DNA of 64,000 nt. Origin: Zygnema circumcarinatum SAG 698-1b. Its lineage: Eukaryota > Plantae > Zygnematophyceae. Below the pieces are notes generated by a model that worked only from the letters and a program-made list of their open reading frames with translations, did not search any database and had not been told where the DNA came from. Of the stretch, positions 45,976 to 59,474 are shown in pieces. Positions within the stretch are counted from its first letter, which is position 1, and each line of letters begins with the position of its first letter. Position numbers and translations under genes: made by a program. Where the stretch lies: the NCBI GenBank assembly GCA_037447605.1, contig CM074804.1:5557909-5621908 (forward strand), given 5' to 3'.

Positions 45976-46304
45976 GCAGCGGGAGGCATTCCGCAGATAT
46001 GGAGAGGACAAGGGATATTCCATTTTGTACCATACACTGACTGCACAAGTCTTTTCCCTGTTTGTTCACAACTTGAAACAAGTTTCTCATCTCAATTTCC
46101 ATTTAGTGTGAACCTCACTTGAAATTGACAGGTAGCGTGCTTGACGATGGAAGCACTGCATCTCTTCAGTAATACTTTTAGCATGGTTCCTATGTTTTCA
46201 AGGCCTGCCTAGCCCATACAGGGCATGATGCAAATAGTTATCCAAAGGCGCCATTGAAGCAGGGAATCATCCATCGAGGAAACGCCTTTCAAAGAGTTAC
46301 ACTC

Positions 46305-48886
46305 TCACAATACCGTCCTACCCGCCACAAAACTCAAACACAGCTTGGGGCGGCCCAGCTGCTGCTCCACCACCTTGATTTCCACCGCCACTCTGTCCAA
46401 GACTCGGTACTTTTGCTTGCCATCCCGCGACTCCACTGTGAGGTGCGCCTCATCCACAATCCACTCCCCCCCAGCGCCTTCAGGGGAGCTTTTACTCTCA
46501 TGCTCCTTCCCTTTCTTGGAGGGCTTGCTAGTGAGGTACACAGGGCCTTCAATGCCGTACCTGCAACAGTGAGAAAACCATTAACAATAACTTCACCACT
46601 TCCAAAATCATCATTTTTGTACAAGTTTCCTTCGCGCTGAAATTCGAGCTCAGTGGAGTAAAGAATAGTAAGGACAAAAACGAAGGGTAATCAAGGAGCG
46701 GGGATGTGCTCATAACGATGAGAGCAGATGCAAATTCTCCCCCTCATGACCTCCCACATTGGTCCTTACTTGGGAACGAAGACAATGAGTCCGTCCGCTC
46801 GTATGGCCACAACTCGCGCATCTTCAGTGACAGGCCTGTCCATCTCCAAAGGGCCACAGCTCAGCTTGAATGCCTTCTCTCTCTCATGCCTTCTCTCCTC
46901 CATTATGAGAGACATACACGGTTCAGCAAGTCCTTATGGAGAGAATGAACTCACCTTGTCTTGAACCACACTAAAGTGTAGAGCTCAACAGATGCCCGCC
47001 CAGCCATCTGTGCGTTCCGATGACGATAGTTGAGATCTGCATTCCAAAGTACCCGAATGAAAGGTTTTACAGTTTTGTAAATGTGGGAAACGCTACGCAA
47101 GAATGTCGCTTGACAAACTGTTTTGAAACAGATGGCATGCTCATTGACATCATTTATGGGATTCACGCGTCCAGACTCACTGTCAGAAAGTGATTTCATT
47201 CCCGCCTTGTCTCGCATCTTGATAGGCAGAGGACTCAGATCAAGGGCAGCCGCCAGCAGTCGGTGGACAATCACATCTGCATGACACAGCCAAAGACATT
47301 CCCCCGGTTTCGGCATGTGGTATGCATACAACATTCCATTTTTAAGACTCCAGTGCCTCCCTCAATTTAGAGGTAAAGGCATCCCTGAAGTCTGCTCACT
47401 CCACCTTCGCTGTGCATCCCAGAATAATTCTGTGGTAGACGAGGTCATTTGATCAAGTTCCCCCTTTTGGACACTGAAAATTGCAAGCTTTGTCCATTAA
47501 AAACATTGCTTGCACTACCGGCTGGTGGTCTATGTCTCCGCAGAAAATCTACAATTCTTCTTTGACCTACATGAGGTCCTTTTCACACAACAGAAAAGAC
47601 TGCAAGTTTCTGTGAAGAAAAAGACACAATATTTCCACGCAAGCATTCCAAAGCCATGAATGTTTCTCTAGCTCACATAATTGAATCTCAGACATAGAGA
47701 TATTATTGACATATGAAAAATCACCTGCATATCGTCGGATGGGCGAGGTGAAGTGAGTGTACATGGGAGCCGCAAGACCATAGTGATGAAATTCAACCAC
47801 TGGCAGCTCCCCACTTGGAAAGTATACCGCCTGGCAGAGACTTGCTTCGAAAATTAGAATAGAACTTTGGAAAATAGGCAGCTCAGTTCGAGAAGTAAAG
47901 CTGCCCTTCGCCTGGGTGGAACGGCTTCAATTCCAGAGGCAGGCATGGAACTCCCCTTGACCGATTCAATCACCTTAACAACGACAGACGTGCAGTCCAT
48001 GGCAGGCCAGACCTTGACTTAAAGAGTCACCTTTGACATCTCAAGCTACATTGTACAAACGAGCAGCCGCACCTGAGTCATGCAACGCGTGGCCAAAATT
48101 CTGAGCAGCTTGTTGAAGAGTGGATCTTCGGACTGCATCGCAAGCACAAGAAAACGCCACACATTCGTGTGAGGGCGATCAAGGGACGGAGGGAGGGAAA
48201 TGAGAGAAAAAGGCGAAAAGGGTACAGAAAGTAGAGGGAGGGCAAGGTCAAAGGCCCAAGCAAGATGACGAATACGACAATACTGGCCTTACAGCAACAA
48301 TTAGCTTATTAAATCTCACGGCATTCAAATGCAGGCGCTGCAGTACTTGAAGGCCATCTACAGATGGAGAGACTGCAGACTGCAGGCTATGCTTTGGTTG
48401 TCCTTTGGGAAGAGAACACTCACCACTGCAGAATCAAGCGAGTCTGCAAGCGCTTTGGAGGAAGAGATGTCCAGCTTCACCCCTACAGCAGCTGCAGTGC
48501 GCAAGAGGGGTTCCAGCATTTTGGCAGTTGGTGTAGGATGTCGTCTGTGGAGAGCGAGAGACGGGGAAGGAGAAAGGAAGGTCGGGCGGGGGGGAATAAT
48601 GGAGAAAGTGAGAAAGGGCGAGAGAGAAAGGGGGGAGGGGAAAAGATGGAGACGGGGAGGAACAGCAGGAGAAAAAGGTCAGATTCCGGCGAACTAGCAA
48701 GAATCCTTCACTTCTCTTCCTTGTGGGACACTGATTTCTTCAATGTCTGTTAACATGTCAAGTCTTCTTGCATGTTCAGACTCTGTATTCATGGGGATAC
48801 GTATTCCCTCTTGCCACTGTCGCCTTCATCTCCCAATTCTACCATCATCGACGAAGGTGAGAACAGCAGACTGCCATTTATTGCAC

Positions 48887-48924
<38 letters not shown>

Positions 48925-50205
48925 NNNNNNNNNNAGAAAAAGACACAATATTTCCACGCAAGCATTCCAAAGCCATGAATGTTTCTCTAGCTCACATAAT
49001 TGAATCTCAGACATAGAGATATTATTGACATATGAAAAATCACCTGCATATCGTCGGATGGGCGAGGTGAAGTGAGTGTACATGGGAGCCGCAAGACCAT
49101 AGTGATGAAATTCAACCACTGGCAGCTCCCCACTTGGAAAGTATACCGCCTGGCAGAGACTTGCTTCGAAAATTAGAATAGAACTTTGGAAAATAGGCAG
49201 CTCAGTTCGAGAAGTAAAGCTGCCCTTCGCCTGGGTGGAACGGCTTCAATTCCAGAGGCAGGCATGGAACTCCCCTTGACCGATTCAATCACCTTAACAA
49301 CGACAGACGTGCAGTCCATGGCAGGCCAGACCTTGACTTAAAGAGTCACCTTTGACATCTCAAGCTACATTGTACAAACGAGCAGCCGCACCTGAGTCAT
49401 GCAACGCGTGGCCAAAATTCTGAGCAGCTTGTTGAAGAGTGGATCTTCGGACTGCATCGCAAGCACAAGAAAACGCCACACATTCGTGTGAGGGCGATCA
49501 AGGGACGGAGGGAGGGAAATGAGAGAAAAAGGCGAAAAGGGTACAGAAAGTAGAGGGAGGGCAAGGTCAAAGGCCCAAGCAAGATGACGAATACGACAAT
49601 ACTGGCCTTACAGCAACAATTAGCTTATTAAATCTCACGGCATTCAAATGCAGGCGCTGCAGTACTTGAAGGCCATCTACAGATGGAGAGACTGCAGACT
49701 GCAGGCTATGCTTTGGTTGTCCTTTGGGAAGAGAACACTCACCACTGCAGAATCAAGCGAGTCTGCAAGCGCTTTGGAGGAAGAGATGTCCAGCTTCACC
49801 CCTACAGCAGCTGCAGTGCGCAAGAGGGGTTCCAGCATTTTGGCAGTTGGTGTAGGATGTCGTCTGTGGAGAGCGAGAGACGGGGAAGGAGAAAGGAAGG
49901 TCGGGCGGGGGGGAATAATGGAGAAAGTGAGAAAGGGCGAGAGAGAAAGGGGGGAGGGGAAAAGATGGAGACGGGGAGGAACAGCAGGAGAAAAAGGTCA
50001 GATTCCGGCGAACTAGCAAGAATCCTTCACTTCTCTTCCTTGTGGGACACTGATTTCTTCAATGTCTGTTAACATGTCAAGTCTTCTTGCATGTTCAGAC
50101 TCTGTATTCATGGGGATACGTATTCCCTCTTGCCACTGTCGCCTTCATCTCCCAATTCTACCATCATCGACGAAGGTGAGAACAGCAGACTGCCATTTAT
50201 TGCAC

Positions 50206-50243
<38 letters not shown>

Positions 50244-50253
50244 NNNNNNNNNN

Positions 50254-50292
<39 letters not shown>

Positions 50293-53200
50293 GGATCCTA
50301 CCCATAGCTCAGTTGTCTATGCAGCCAGAAGAATGCCTGGGCATCATACCAGACTCCCGGTGGTGCCTAAGAAAGGTGATAGTTGTACAGCAGCCCTAAG
50401 CATCTCCTCACCGTAGAAGAGAACAGGGCGGAAAGTGTTGAAATATCTTTTCGGCAACAGAAACATTTGCAGCAAGCATGAACTCCTCCACCATTTGGTT
50501 TGTCTCCCGCAACTGATACATGGCTGTGGAATTTCACATTGACGTGATTAGATTCAGTAAAAAGTACAAAGTACACCTACCAAGTCCTGGAAATGTCAAG
50601 AGGATGTCTGCAGTTTGGTGAGGGCAAAAGTAAACACTTAACTAGTTCGTTCATGAAATAGGAGAAGGGAAAATTTTGCATTTTACCTACGTCCAATGGG
50701 TTGTGCGTTTCTGTGTCAATCACAAATTTCACTTCAGGAGATGCTAAGGTCAGAGCACCATTTTGCATCCTCCGTTCCCGCATAATCTGCATTCATACTC
50801 ACAACAGTAAAACCTATAGTCAGTAAAACATCATGGTCAGTAAGAACAGGATTCGAGCGATATGTCAGAAAATAAAACCACCCTTTGTTCATCCTCCAAG
50901 AATTTGTGTCCCACTCACCTTAGCCAACCGATTCATGTTGCGTAAATCCGTTGTGACGGGATCTTTCATGCGACTGCAGTAACCCACCCGTTAAGATAAT
51001 CACATTATTTCACAGCACACCGGAATAACAGCAGCCTTTGAAGGCCCCTTGTGCTCCAATGTCAGACCGTTGACAGCAGGACCGGGGGTTATCGGGGGAA
51101 GGAGGGAGGTAGGGAGGAAGGGAGGGAAAGGGAGAGGGAAACCTATCATCCATCCGCAGCTGCGCCTCGGCATACGAAAAGGCTGCTCTCGATTTTATTA
51201 CACTTTTGGTGAAGCGTGTCGAGACAATCTCCGCGTTGGGAGTCATTTCCTGTGAAGCCAGTCCACAGCACATTCCAAAGACCATCAATAGGACCTTTAA
51301 ATTCAGGTTTCTCGTGTGGCCACTCATACATCATAACTCACATGACAACTATCCAGTACCGACAGGTCAGCAGTATGGATATCTGCACTGATTCCTTCAG
51401 CATAGGTGCAGCGTCATACCCAAAGAATGGAGAACGCCAGTCTTTCCACATCCGCCCTTAAAGAACATATATCTGTAGCGTCCCAGAAACTCCAAAGCTG
51501 GTGTTAGACAGGTTATCCTTTAGACTGCCCATCTAATTGGAGCATTGTTGGGTATTGGTGATATACCTTCAGTAAGCGGTTTTGGCAACATATCAATACG
51601 ACGCTCTACCAAATACACCGAGGTCCCACGCTGGGAAGCTTCCTCATCCAACGCAGTCCCTGGGAGAACAAAGTTTGTAACGTCGGCAATGTCTAAGGGG
51701 GTATGCTGGTCAAGGAATTGAAAATCAGTACAGTACGGAGTAAGCCCTACTCGATAAAGTCTAGATAGAGGGCTGAACATCGTCTTTCAATGAACTCAGC
51801 CTATAGCAGCTTCTGCACTAACCGCTGCTTTGGGACAGCCAGTAAGTGGAACGGAATAAGGATACGGACTCCGACTTGGAAATTTCCATTTGGCAGGCTG
51901 ACACAGTGGAGAGCATCGTCAATGTCACGGCAGCCTGCAAGCCATGGCTAAGGTTCATGGTCAAGAACGTTGAACAGAATTGGGAAGGCGAAAAAAGAAC
52001 ATCTTTCAACCCCTTTATTGAACATTTCGAAAAAAGCTGCAGTGAAACGGAACAAGCGAAGTCACCTGGCGGATCAACACTGAAGCATCCAATATGACGT
52101 AGGTCCTCCCTTGTAGGATTATTGAGCTCCTCAGGCGGCATTGACCAAGGCAGAGGGGGTAAGCATGCCAGCACCTGCTCTGAGAAAGGCCTTGTGTTGA
52201 TATCATTCTCAATCAAAAGTACCTGCAGAAGAGAAGCAGCAGCAGTCAGAAATGAGTCCTTTGCAACAAATCGATCAGGAATCATCATCCAATAGATACT
52301 TCAATTGAAGAAGTTGCCCAGTAAGTTATAACAAAGGTTGACTAAAAAATCCCTCAAATTACGCCTGTCAACAGCACTCGTGGACCGGGAATACCTCACT
52401 CTCAGTGGCCTTATCTCCAATGTCTCCTAGTGTTCGCACATAGTGGCCGGTGGGATACGCGCTTGTCCGTTCCCATGAGTCAATTGACACCATGATCCTC
52501 TTACTTAAGAGACTTGTCAACTGGCGTGTTTCAATACGAATTTTTGGAATTCTTCTGTCGGCACAGCAAAATAGGACCCTCTGTACTGATCCGGTCTCAG
52601 CAGAGCCTTTTGGTGGGTCTATGGAGCCACAATACCTGCACAGCACAATATCCGACGTTATGAGTGGAAGGACAGTTATAGTATCACCTTAAAAATGAAT
52701 ATGAACAACGGGAAAGGAACTAACGCCCAACTTTATCCCTTCTGAAGCTGCAAGTGGCTTTCACTCACGGCCTCCAGTTGCGTTTGATGATGCCTACAAC
52801 GCGCCCGGTAGGCCGTGCAAAGTTTGAACGCTCTTTCGTCCCATTTTCAGAGCTGCCTTTTCCTTCTTGCCCAGCAGTATTTCTCGGAGCTTCTTCTACC
52901 ACGTCGGGTGCCAAGCCAACCTCTTCCTCTACCGCGCCATCTTCCACATCTGTGGCAGAGCATGGAGTGACACCAATAGAGGACTGTTATACCAGGCATG
53001 CTCCGAAGGATGATAAGGAGGATGAGGAGGGGTGCGGGAAAAAGAAAAACAAAGCTTAAGAAGAATCAGCTGTGACACGTGGCAGACAAGAATCAAGAAA
53101 GAAACAAGATCAAGAGACTCAGGTCATGTCAACACGCCTTAACTTACAGAAACAATACAGTAAATGAGGCAAAGTCTATGTCACCTTTTTCCACGTCCTG

Positions 53201-56200
53201 CAATTTGTTAGCTCCACTCTCTCTCCACTGCTCCTCTGGAAGTAGCTCCACAGCCACAATATCACCATCAACTGCGCGATTCATGTCCAAACGACCGTGA
53301 ATAAGAACCTCATCGCCAATACTTTCGCTTCCCACATGTGCCTCAAAGCAGTTGTAGCGATTCACCCGCAGTTTTCCCTGGTGATATATTCCTCGCTTCA
53401 GACCAGCGTTGATATCCGACATGGGCTTATGCTGCACCTCCTCACCTCCTCATGATCAATGAGCCCATTGTCCAACTAATGCATTAAGCATAATCGAGTA
53501 CCCTTCAATTCATTTGTTCTTCTTCTGTTCAATGGTTAAGAAGATCCTAATTCACATTATACTTTCATACCTGTAAACTATTCCTTCGTCTCTGTTGTGT
53601 CTTAACTTTAGAAACCTGAAGTGGTTCATTACTCAACCCTCATAATGTTTTTCTGGAAGTACAGCAAACAGCTGAAGGTTCTTCTTCTTAAAAACATGCA
53701 GTTGCAAAAGTTAAGGTAGGTTACGCAGTGAACATTGATCATCCTAACGGCTCACACATATTACGCTGCGACTGTCCTTTCTGTAAATTGGTCTTTGCTC
53801 CTACTACCAGCGAAGGATCCTTAGTCTCTCAACGTTTCTCACCATCTGAACCACGAAAATGGTTTTCACATAGGCTTGTGGTCCAGTTGCAGATTAAGAT
53901 CTACCTCTGCAAAGATTGCCTTTCGTTTGGCGGAACGTCCGTCGACTTCCTCAGCAGGTGCTGCCTCTCCCTCCTGCGTCGTAGCTCCAGCAACTAAGTC
54001 AAGCAGCTCGGGCTTCCCCAAAGACTTGACATATGTATGCACTGCAGCCATGGCACATTCGTCAATGCATAGAATGAGGGACATGTGCTTGTCATTGATC
54101 ACACATATAACAACCAGATTTTGAATCCTTGAGAAACGAGGAGAAATGGATGAATAAGCTATAAAAACGACCCGACTTCCTTGCCGGCTTCTTTCATTTG
54201 CAGAAACATGCAAGCCCATAGATTTGCCGCCAAACAAAAAAAATCTTCCGTAAGGGGATCGATTTCAAGACTCACCTGTCTGTGCAAGTATCCCATCTGC
54301 TTGAGCTTTTCGAAGATTCTCCATGTCGTTGGTGAGCAACAAAAACTTAACATGTGGCCCAAGGTGCTCCATGTACCACTTGCTAGCTTTCCGTATCGCT
54401 GCATTTCCAATGTTCAGTAAGGCCAAAGTGACATTCAGTTTTTCGAAGGACATCCCCAATGCAAAGAAAGACTGCAACTAGCAAAGTTTTGCAGAAGGCT
54501 GAGTAGAGATGGTGGGTGTAGAGATTGTGGTTCGTGTAGAAATCACATCTTCTGAAGTATGTATTGCTCACCTCTATCATTCCGATCATTCGCAGTCTCT
54601 CCGACTTCTGCTTTTATGTATGTGCCCCTGCATAGCCACGTACACGTTATATCATCTATCGTCCTGAGGAAGAGGTGTGATTCAGCTTCCCACATATGGT
54701 CATACATCCAATACACTGAAGACTGGACACAAACGTTGTTCAGATCTATCACTAACGAAACCAATTCCAATATATAATGCATGTGGGCAAATAGTTAAAA
54801 ATCCTGTGATAGCTAGTGGGAAACAAAAAGTTTCTTTCCCTGACAACGAATAGCACGCCAAAGTCAGAGAAACTGTGGAAGACACAAATTTTCTTTTATC
54901 AGTCTCAAATGGTATTCCCTTGATCCCTATAACTTACTGAGAATCCATCCTTCTTTCCTTCCATTATCGTGCTCTACTCAGCAGCCTCTAATTCATCAAC
55001 AAAAGCTGTTGTTTCGAGAAGGACCGTAGTTGATATGGTCAAGCTATCCAATCTCAGTTAACATAGATAGCTACAGTCTCTTCCTTTCCATTCGCTATAC
55101 CCGCTCCAAAAACACTACTTTTCTATCAAAACTTCCACGGAACATCTGTCTCACCAAATTTTGGCCAAATTATCAAAGTAATTATATGAAGGAGTGCGGA
55201 AGCTGCAAGCTGTCTTTTCGGATAAGACCAGCTAAATAACGCCACATTGACCATTGTTTTCACGCCTTACATTAACCAGTAACCTTGTCACAAAGTACAC
55301 CTTGAATATCCACCTCCAGTTACTCAAATGACCTTGTTCACGTAAGTGATGCATGAGCAGAGAATGAGTTCTTCAACAGTGAAACAGGTGGTACCAATTT
55401 CAGTTCAACAGGGAAAATAGAACTCCGGATGTATTTTTTCCACGCTTGATAAGCAACAGTCAAAGGTCGCAAATACTCACTTGTGGTGTTCATTAGCAAA
55501 CACAAAGAAACGACGGGATTTATTGCTGCAAAGAGCTCGTAGGCGTTGATAAGCGCTGATGTTTTTGTGTTTCACTTCCTCCAAAACGACCGATAGCACC
55601 ACTACATCCGTTATGGCTGGATTTTCCAAAAAGTCTATCTGTGAGGCATGCCCCTTGAACACGTGAGCTCAATGGCCCAAGATGGCAATTTCCACAACAC
55701 GTGGGAACGCTTTATTGGAAGTCATATCACAGAGAAAGTGGCAAAATATGTTTCATTGACGCAATCTGTTCAAGCTGAGCTTGTTTTTTTACAAGTTCAA
55801 TGTATTGCTTTTCCGAAAGGGGTAGAGGTAACCCATGGCGTAGATTATAATAGATTTTCATACTAGCTTTGCGAAAAAAGGCTGGGAGAGCCTATGTTTC
55901 CTTCCAACATTACACGTATGTTCCGAAAGAGATGGAAGTAAACTCGGAAGAAGAACTACCTGATGAAGGGCTACGTTCGTATCAGCAATTAAAATATGCT
56001 CGGCTTCATCGGTCAAACATGCGTTTTCTTTTGCGTCATCCTTGTTGCAAACTTCATGAGTGCAAAAAGTTGCTCCACAGGTTATATCATCTCGAAGGTA
56101 ATGCTCTCGTACGACCTGCACGAGACAAAGCCGTGAGTCTCAGCCACTTCTCCTGCAAGTTCAACCGTTAGAAGCGGGCCTTTCCTCCGCTGCAGAAACG

Positions 56201-56287
56201 CAGGTGCGAGCAAGAGGCGCATAGGCAGCGCACCTTGAGCACAGCCCCTCGCCGCGTCTTCTTCACAAAAGACTTGGTGTGAAGCAT
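46305..56287 (-). CDS. DIS3: Exosome catalytic subunit DIS3/RRP44 (PIN, CSD, RNB, S1)
   Basis: Starts [14 protein letters not shown] (56287). PIN motifs [41 protein letters not shown] motifs [66 protein letters not shown]1 region YGIEGPVYL. Stop at 46305-46307. Three RNB exons occur twice because of the 1.3-kb duplication. Confidence 0.97.
47616..50243. repeat. 1319-bp-offset near-identical tandem duplication (47616-48924 / 48935-50243) bounded by N gaps; probable assembly artefact
   Basis: Identical ORFs at offset 1319 (e.g. 48078/49397, 48364/49683); each copy ends in poly-T followed by 10 N (48925-48934, 50244-50253). Confidence 0.9.
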
Positions 56288-56579
56288 GGCTTCAGCCTCT
56301 CCGCCAGCAGGTCTCAAGGACTAGGAGGGCCTCGCGGGACAGAGAAAAAGAAAAGAAACGAAGAGGAGAGAGAGCGGGAGAGGGAGGGTGAGGAGGGAGG
56401 GAGAGGCGGACACGAGGGAGGGCGCGTGGAGGGTTCAACGAAGGGAGTGTTCATTCATTCGTGAGACCGCCCGTGCAGTAAGCGCACATTCACGGAGGTC
56501 GCGCGCCCTCCCGTCTGCTCGCCAGCCGCCTCTCCTCGCTCAATTACTCTCTTCAACTCACTTCCGCTGTGTTTCTAGA

Positions 56580-59474
56580 ATGCCCCCCAAGAAGCCGCAG
56601 GCAGCAGCGAAAGCTGACATAGCCAAGAAGCAGAAGCAGGTAGAAGATAAAACGTTTGGATTGAAGAACAAGAACAAGAGCGTTAAAGTCCAGAAACACA
56701 TCCAGCATTTACAGCAGGGCGTGACAACAGCCAAGAAGCATGCAGGGGTGACTGACAGCAAAGAAGTTCAGAAGGTAAGAAGGTTGTTGAACCAGTTTAG
56801 AGTGGGTACAGCTATCTGCTTGAGTTTGAGGAGGCTCAGTCCAGCGCTGCGGTAATTGGGGTTTTAGGTTAAGCATGTGAACTTGAAAATAGCTAAATAT
56901 TTGGTTTGCCCTGCTGAGGGGTCTTACTAGCTACTGGACAGCTAGTTCAAGTTGGGTGAAGTTGGCAATTACCGTATCCTCAAGTCTGGATTGTGCAATC
57001 TTTTTGAATTACAGAAGAAGAAGGAGGATGAAGCTGCGCGAGAGAGGGAGCTAAACGAAATTTTTAGAGTTGCAGTCACACAGCCAAAAGTTCCACTTGG
57101 TGAGTTCGTCTAGAATGCACGATACTGCGTTTGTTCTCTGCTCCTATATCCATTTTTATTGAATTGTAGAAAAACTAAGCACTTCAGCATTCTCCCTTGT
57201 ATGGCTTTGCTTGTTCAGCCCAGACTGGGTGAGGTAAACTGTTGCATGCGAGGTATGCAGGTGTCGATCCCAAGTCAATTGTGTGTGAGTTCTTCAGACG
57301 AGGACAGTGCACCAAAGGCTTCAAGTGCAAGTTCGCTCACGATCTTAATGTGGAAAGGAAGGGCGAGAAAATTGACCTCTACAGTGATCAACGAGATGAA
57401 GATGAAGAAGGTTGGCTTCCTCATGTCGCAATGTTGAATTTGTGTTCAATAGATTTCTGTCATGAAAGACGTTTCTGTATAGTGGCCATTCTTCTACCTT
57501 AATGTTTTCCCTGTTTTCTTCGGCTTTGGAATAATGAATTGAGTCTTGCCACAATTGTTATTGTGGTTTTGCAGACACCATGGAGGATTGGGACCAGGAG
57601 ATGCTGGAAAGGGTCATTGCCACGAAGGGAAATGAGTATCAGAATCAAAACAAGGCGACTTCAATTGTGAGATTCTTACCAGTGCAGGAGCAGTTTCGGG
57701 CCATTAAAAGCCGTAATATTGGCGACAAAGTTTACCCTTTTGCCACTGTTTTGTGGTACAGGTTTGCAAATACTTCTTGGATGCTGTGGAGAAGAAGCAG
57801 TATGGATGGTTTTGGGCTTGTCCAAATGGAGGAAAAGAGTGCCAGTATCGGCATGCTCTGCCTCCCGGCTATGTGCTCAAATCCCAGATGAAGGCATTAT
57901 TGGAGGAGGAGCAAGCAAACAGGGTTACTATTGAAGAGGAGATTGAACAGCAGGTATTTCAGCTATGACTAATTGTTGGCGCTGGAAGTTCATACTGCTT
58001 AATCCTACACTCCTAATATCACTGTGTTTGTTGTCTGAATCTTGAAGTGGTAAAACTGAGATTTTACTGGGGAAAGGAGATTTCTTGGCCGGAGGCTAGA
58101 ATGTGCAGCAAATGGGATAAGTAGACCGATCTCTGCTGTTCAACTTTTGCAAAAAAAAAATGTCAACTTGCGCAATATTCCAGGAATACACGCTGAACCC
58201 GTATTCTGGGTTTGAGTTATTCTCTGGATGTCGAGATCGAGTGGATTGGAGGATTGGAGGTGGTCCTAACCATCTATCAGAAACAAATCCATTGTTCGGG
58301 AGCTACTTTGGGCCTCTTGTCTCCAGGTTCACACGTGATTTTGCTGTGGAGAATGAAAATCTTTGCACTGTTAGCAGCATAAAAAGGCTGGTTTCTTACC
58401 TTGAACTGACATGTCTTGCAGAGACAAGCGACAAAATCTTCAACGCCAATTACGACTGAGATCTTTGCTGAGTGGAAGAGGAAGAAGGCTGAGGCCAAGG
58501 AGGCTGAGATGGCCGCAAAACGGGCAGATCGGGCGAAGCACGACAGGATGAGGTGTGGAAGTCCTTTTGAATTCTTTCCAGTTCTAACCCATTTGATATG
58601 CGTAGATTCATTTACCTACTCATAATTCATAAGTAGTAGCTGTTTTCAGTACATGGAATAGGTTCGATCCCATTCGGATGTGGCTTATCATCCTAAATGC
58701 ATGCTATTTTTTAATGCTCATTTAGAACCTTCTCCACCAGCATTCGCTATAGAGAGCATCTTGGCATTCGTTGTTTGATTTCTGAATGCTTGAAAAATTT
58801 CCGCTGCTTACTGGGCAACCTTGCTTTGACACAGTGGTCGTGAACTCTTCACGCATGACTCGTCACTCTTTGTTGACGACGAAGATGGATTTGCGGCGTA
58901 TGAGAGAGAAGAAGAGGAGGAGGGGGAAGAGGAGGCGCCTTCTGCCTCACAGCTGCCACAAGTGAGTGCTAGAGCTGCCCTTACAGCCTTGCCCTTTCTA
59001 ATGACTTGTCAACCTAACTTCAACTGCAAATTCTGATGGCGTGTCCATGCATTGAAGGCTGTTTTGCCGTCTGATTGACAGCGAAGTCGCAGAATTAATA
59101 CCTGGCTCAAAGCAATGAAGCTGATAGTTTGAGACATGAAGAGGCAGTTACTGTCAGTGTTGGGAGAGACAGACGTTTTTCAAATGACAGCATTCCGTTT
59201 TGAAAGAGCACTTTGTTGTGTGCTCAGTCGAACTCGATACTCTACTTCTGTTGATGTGAGCGAATGGCGCTGTGGACAGGCTGTGATCGGAGGGGAGCAC
59301 CAAACTGGTGCCAATGTTGGAGATGAGCAGTCTCCCAAGCAGGAGGAGGACGACGTGTTTGAGGAAGAAGATGATGATGACTTGGACGAGGATGAACTGG
59401 AGGCGCTGGAAGCTCAGTTTGCACAGTCTCAAATGCATGACAGACACGACGATGCGTCTTCTAGTGGCTCGTGA
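56580..59474 (+). CDS. ZC3H15: Zinc finger CCCH protein ZC3H15/TMA46/DFRP1-like
   Basis: Exons 56580-56774, 57015-57099, 57261-57410, 57575-57666, 57762-57953, 58422-58552, 58835-58961, 59280-59474. Motifs MPPKK...[100 protein letters not shown]. Confidence 0.95.
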
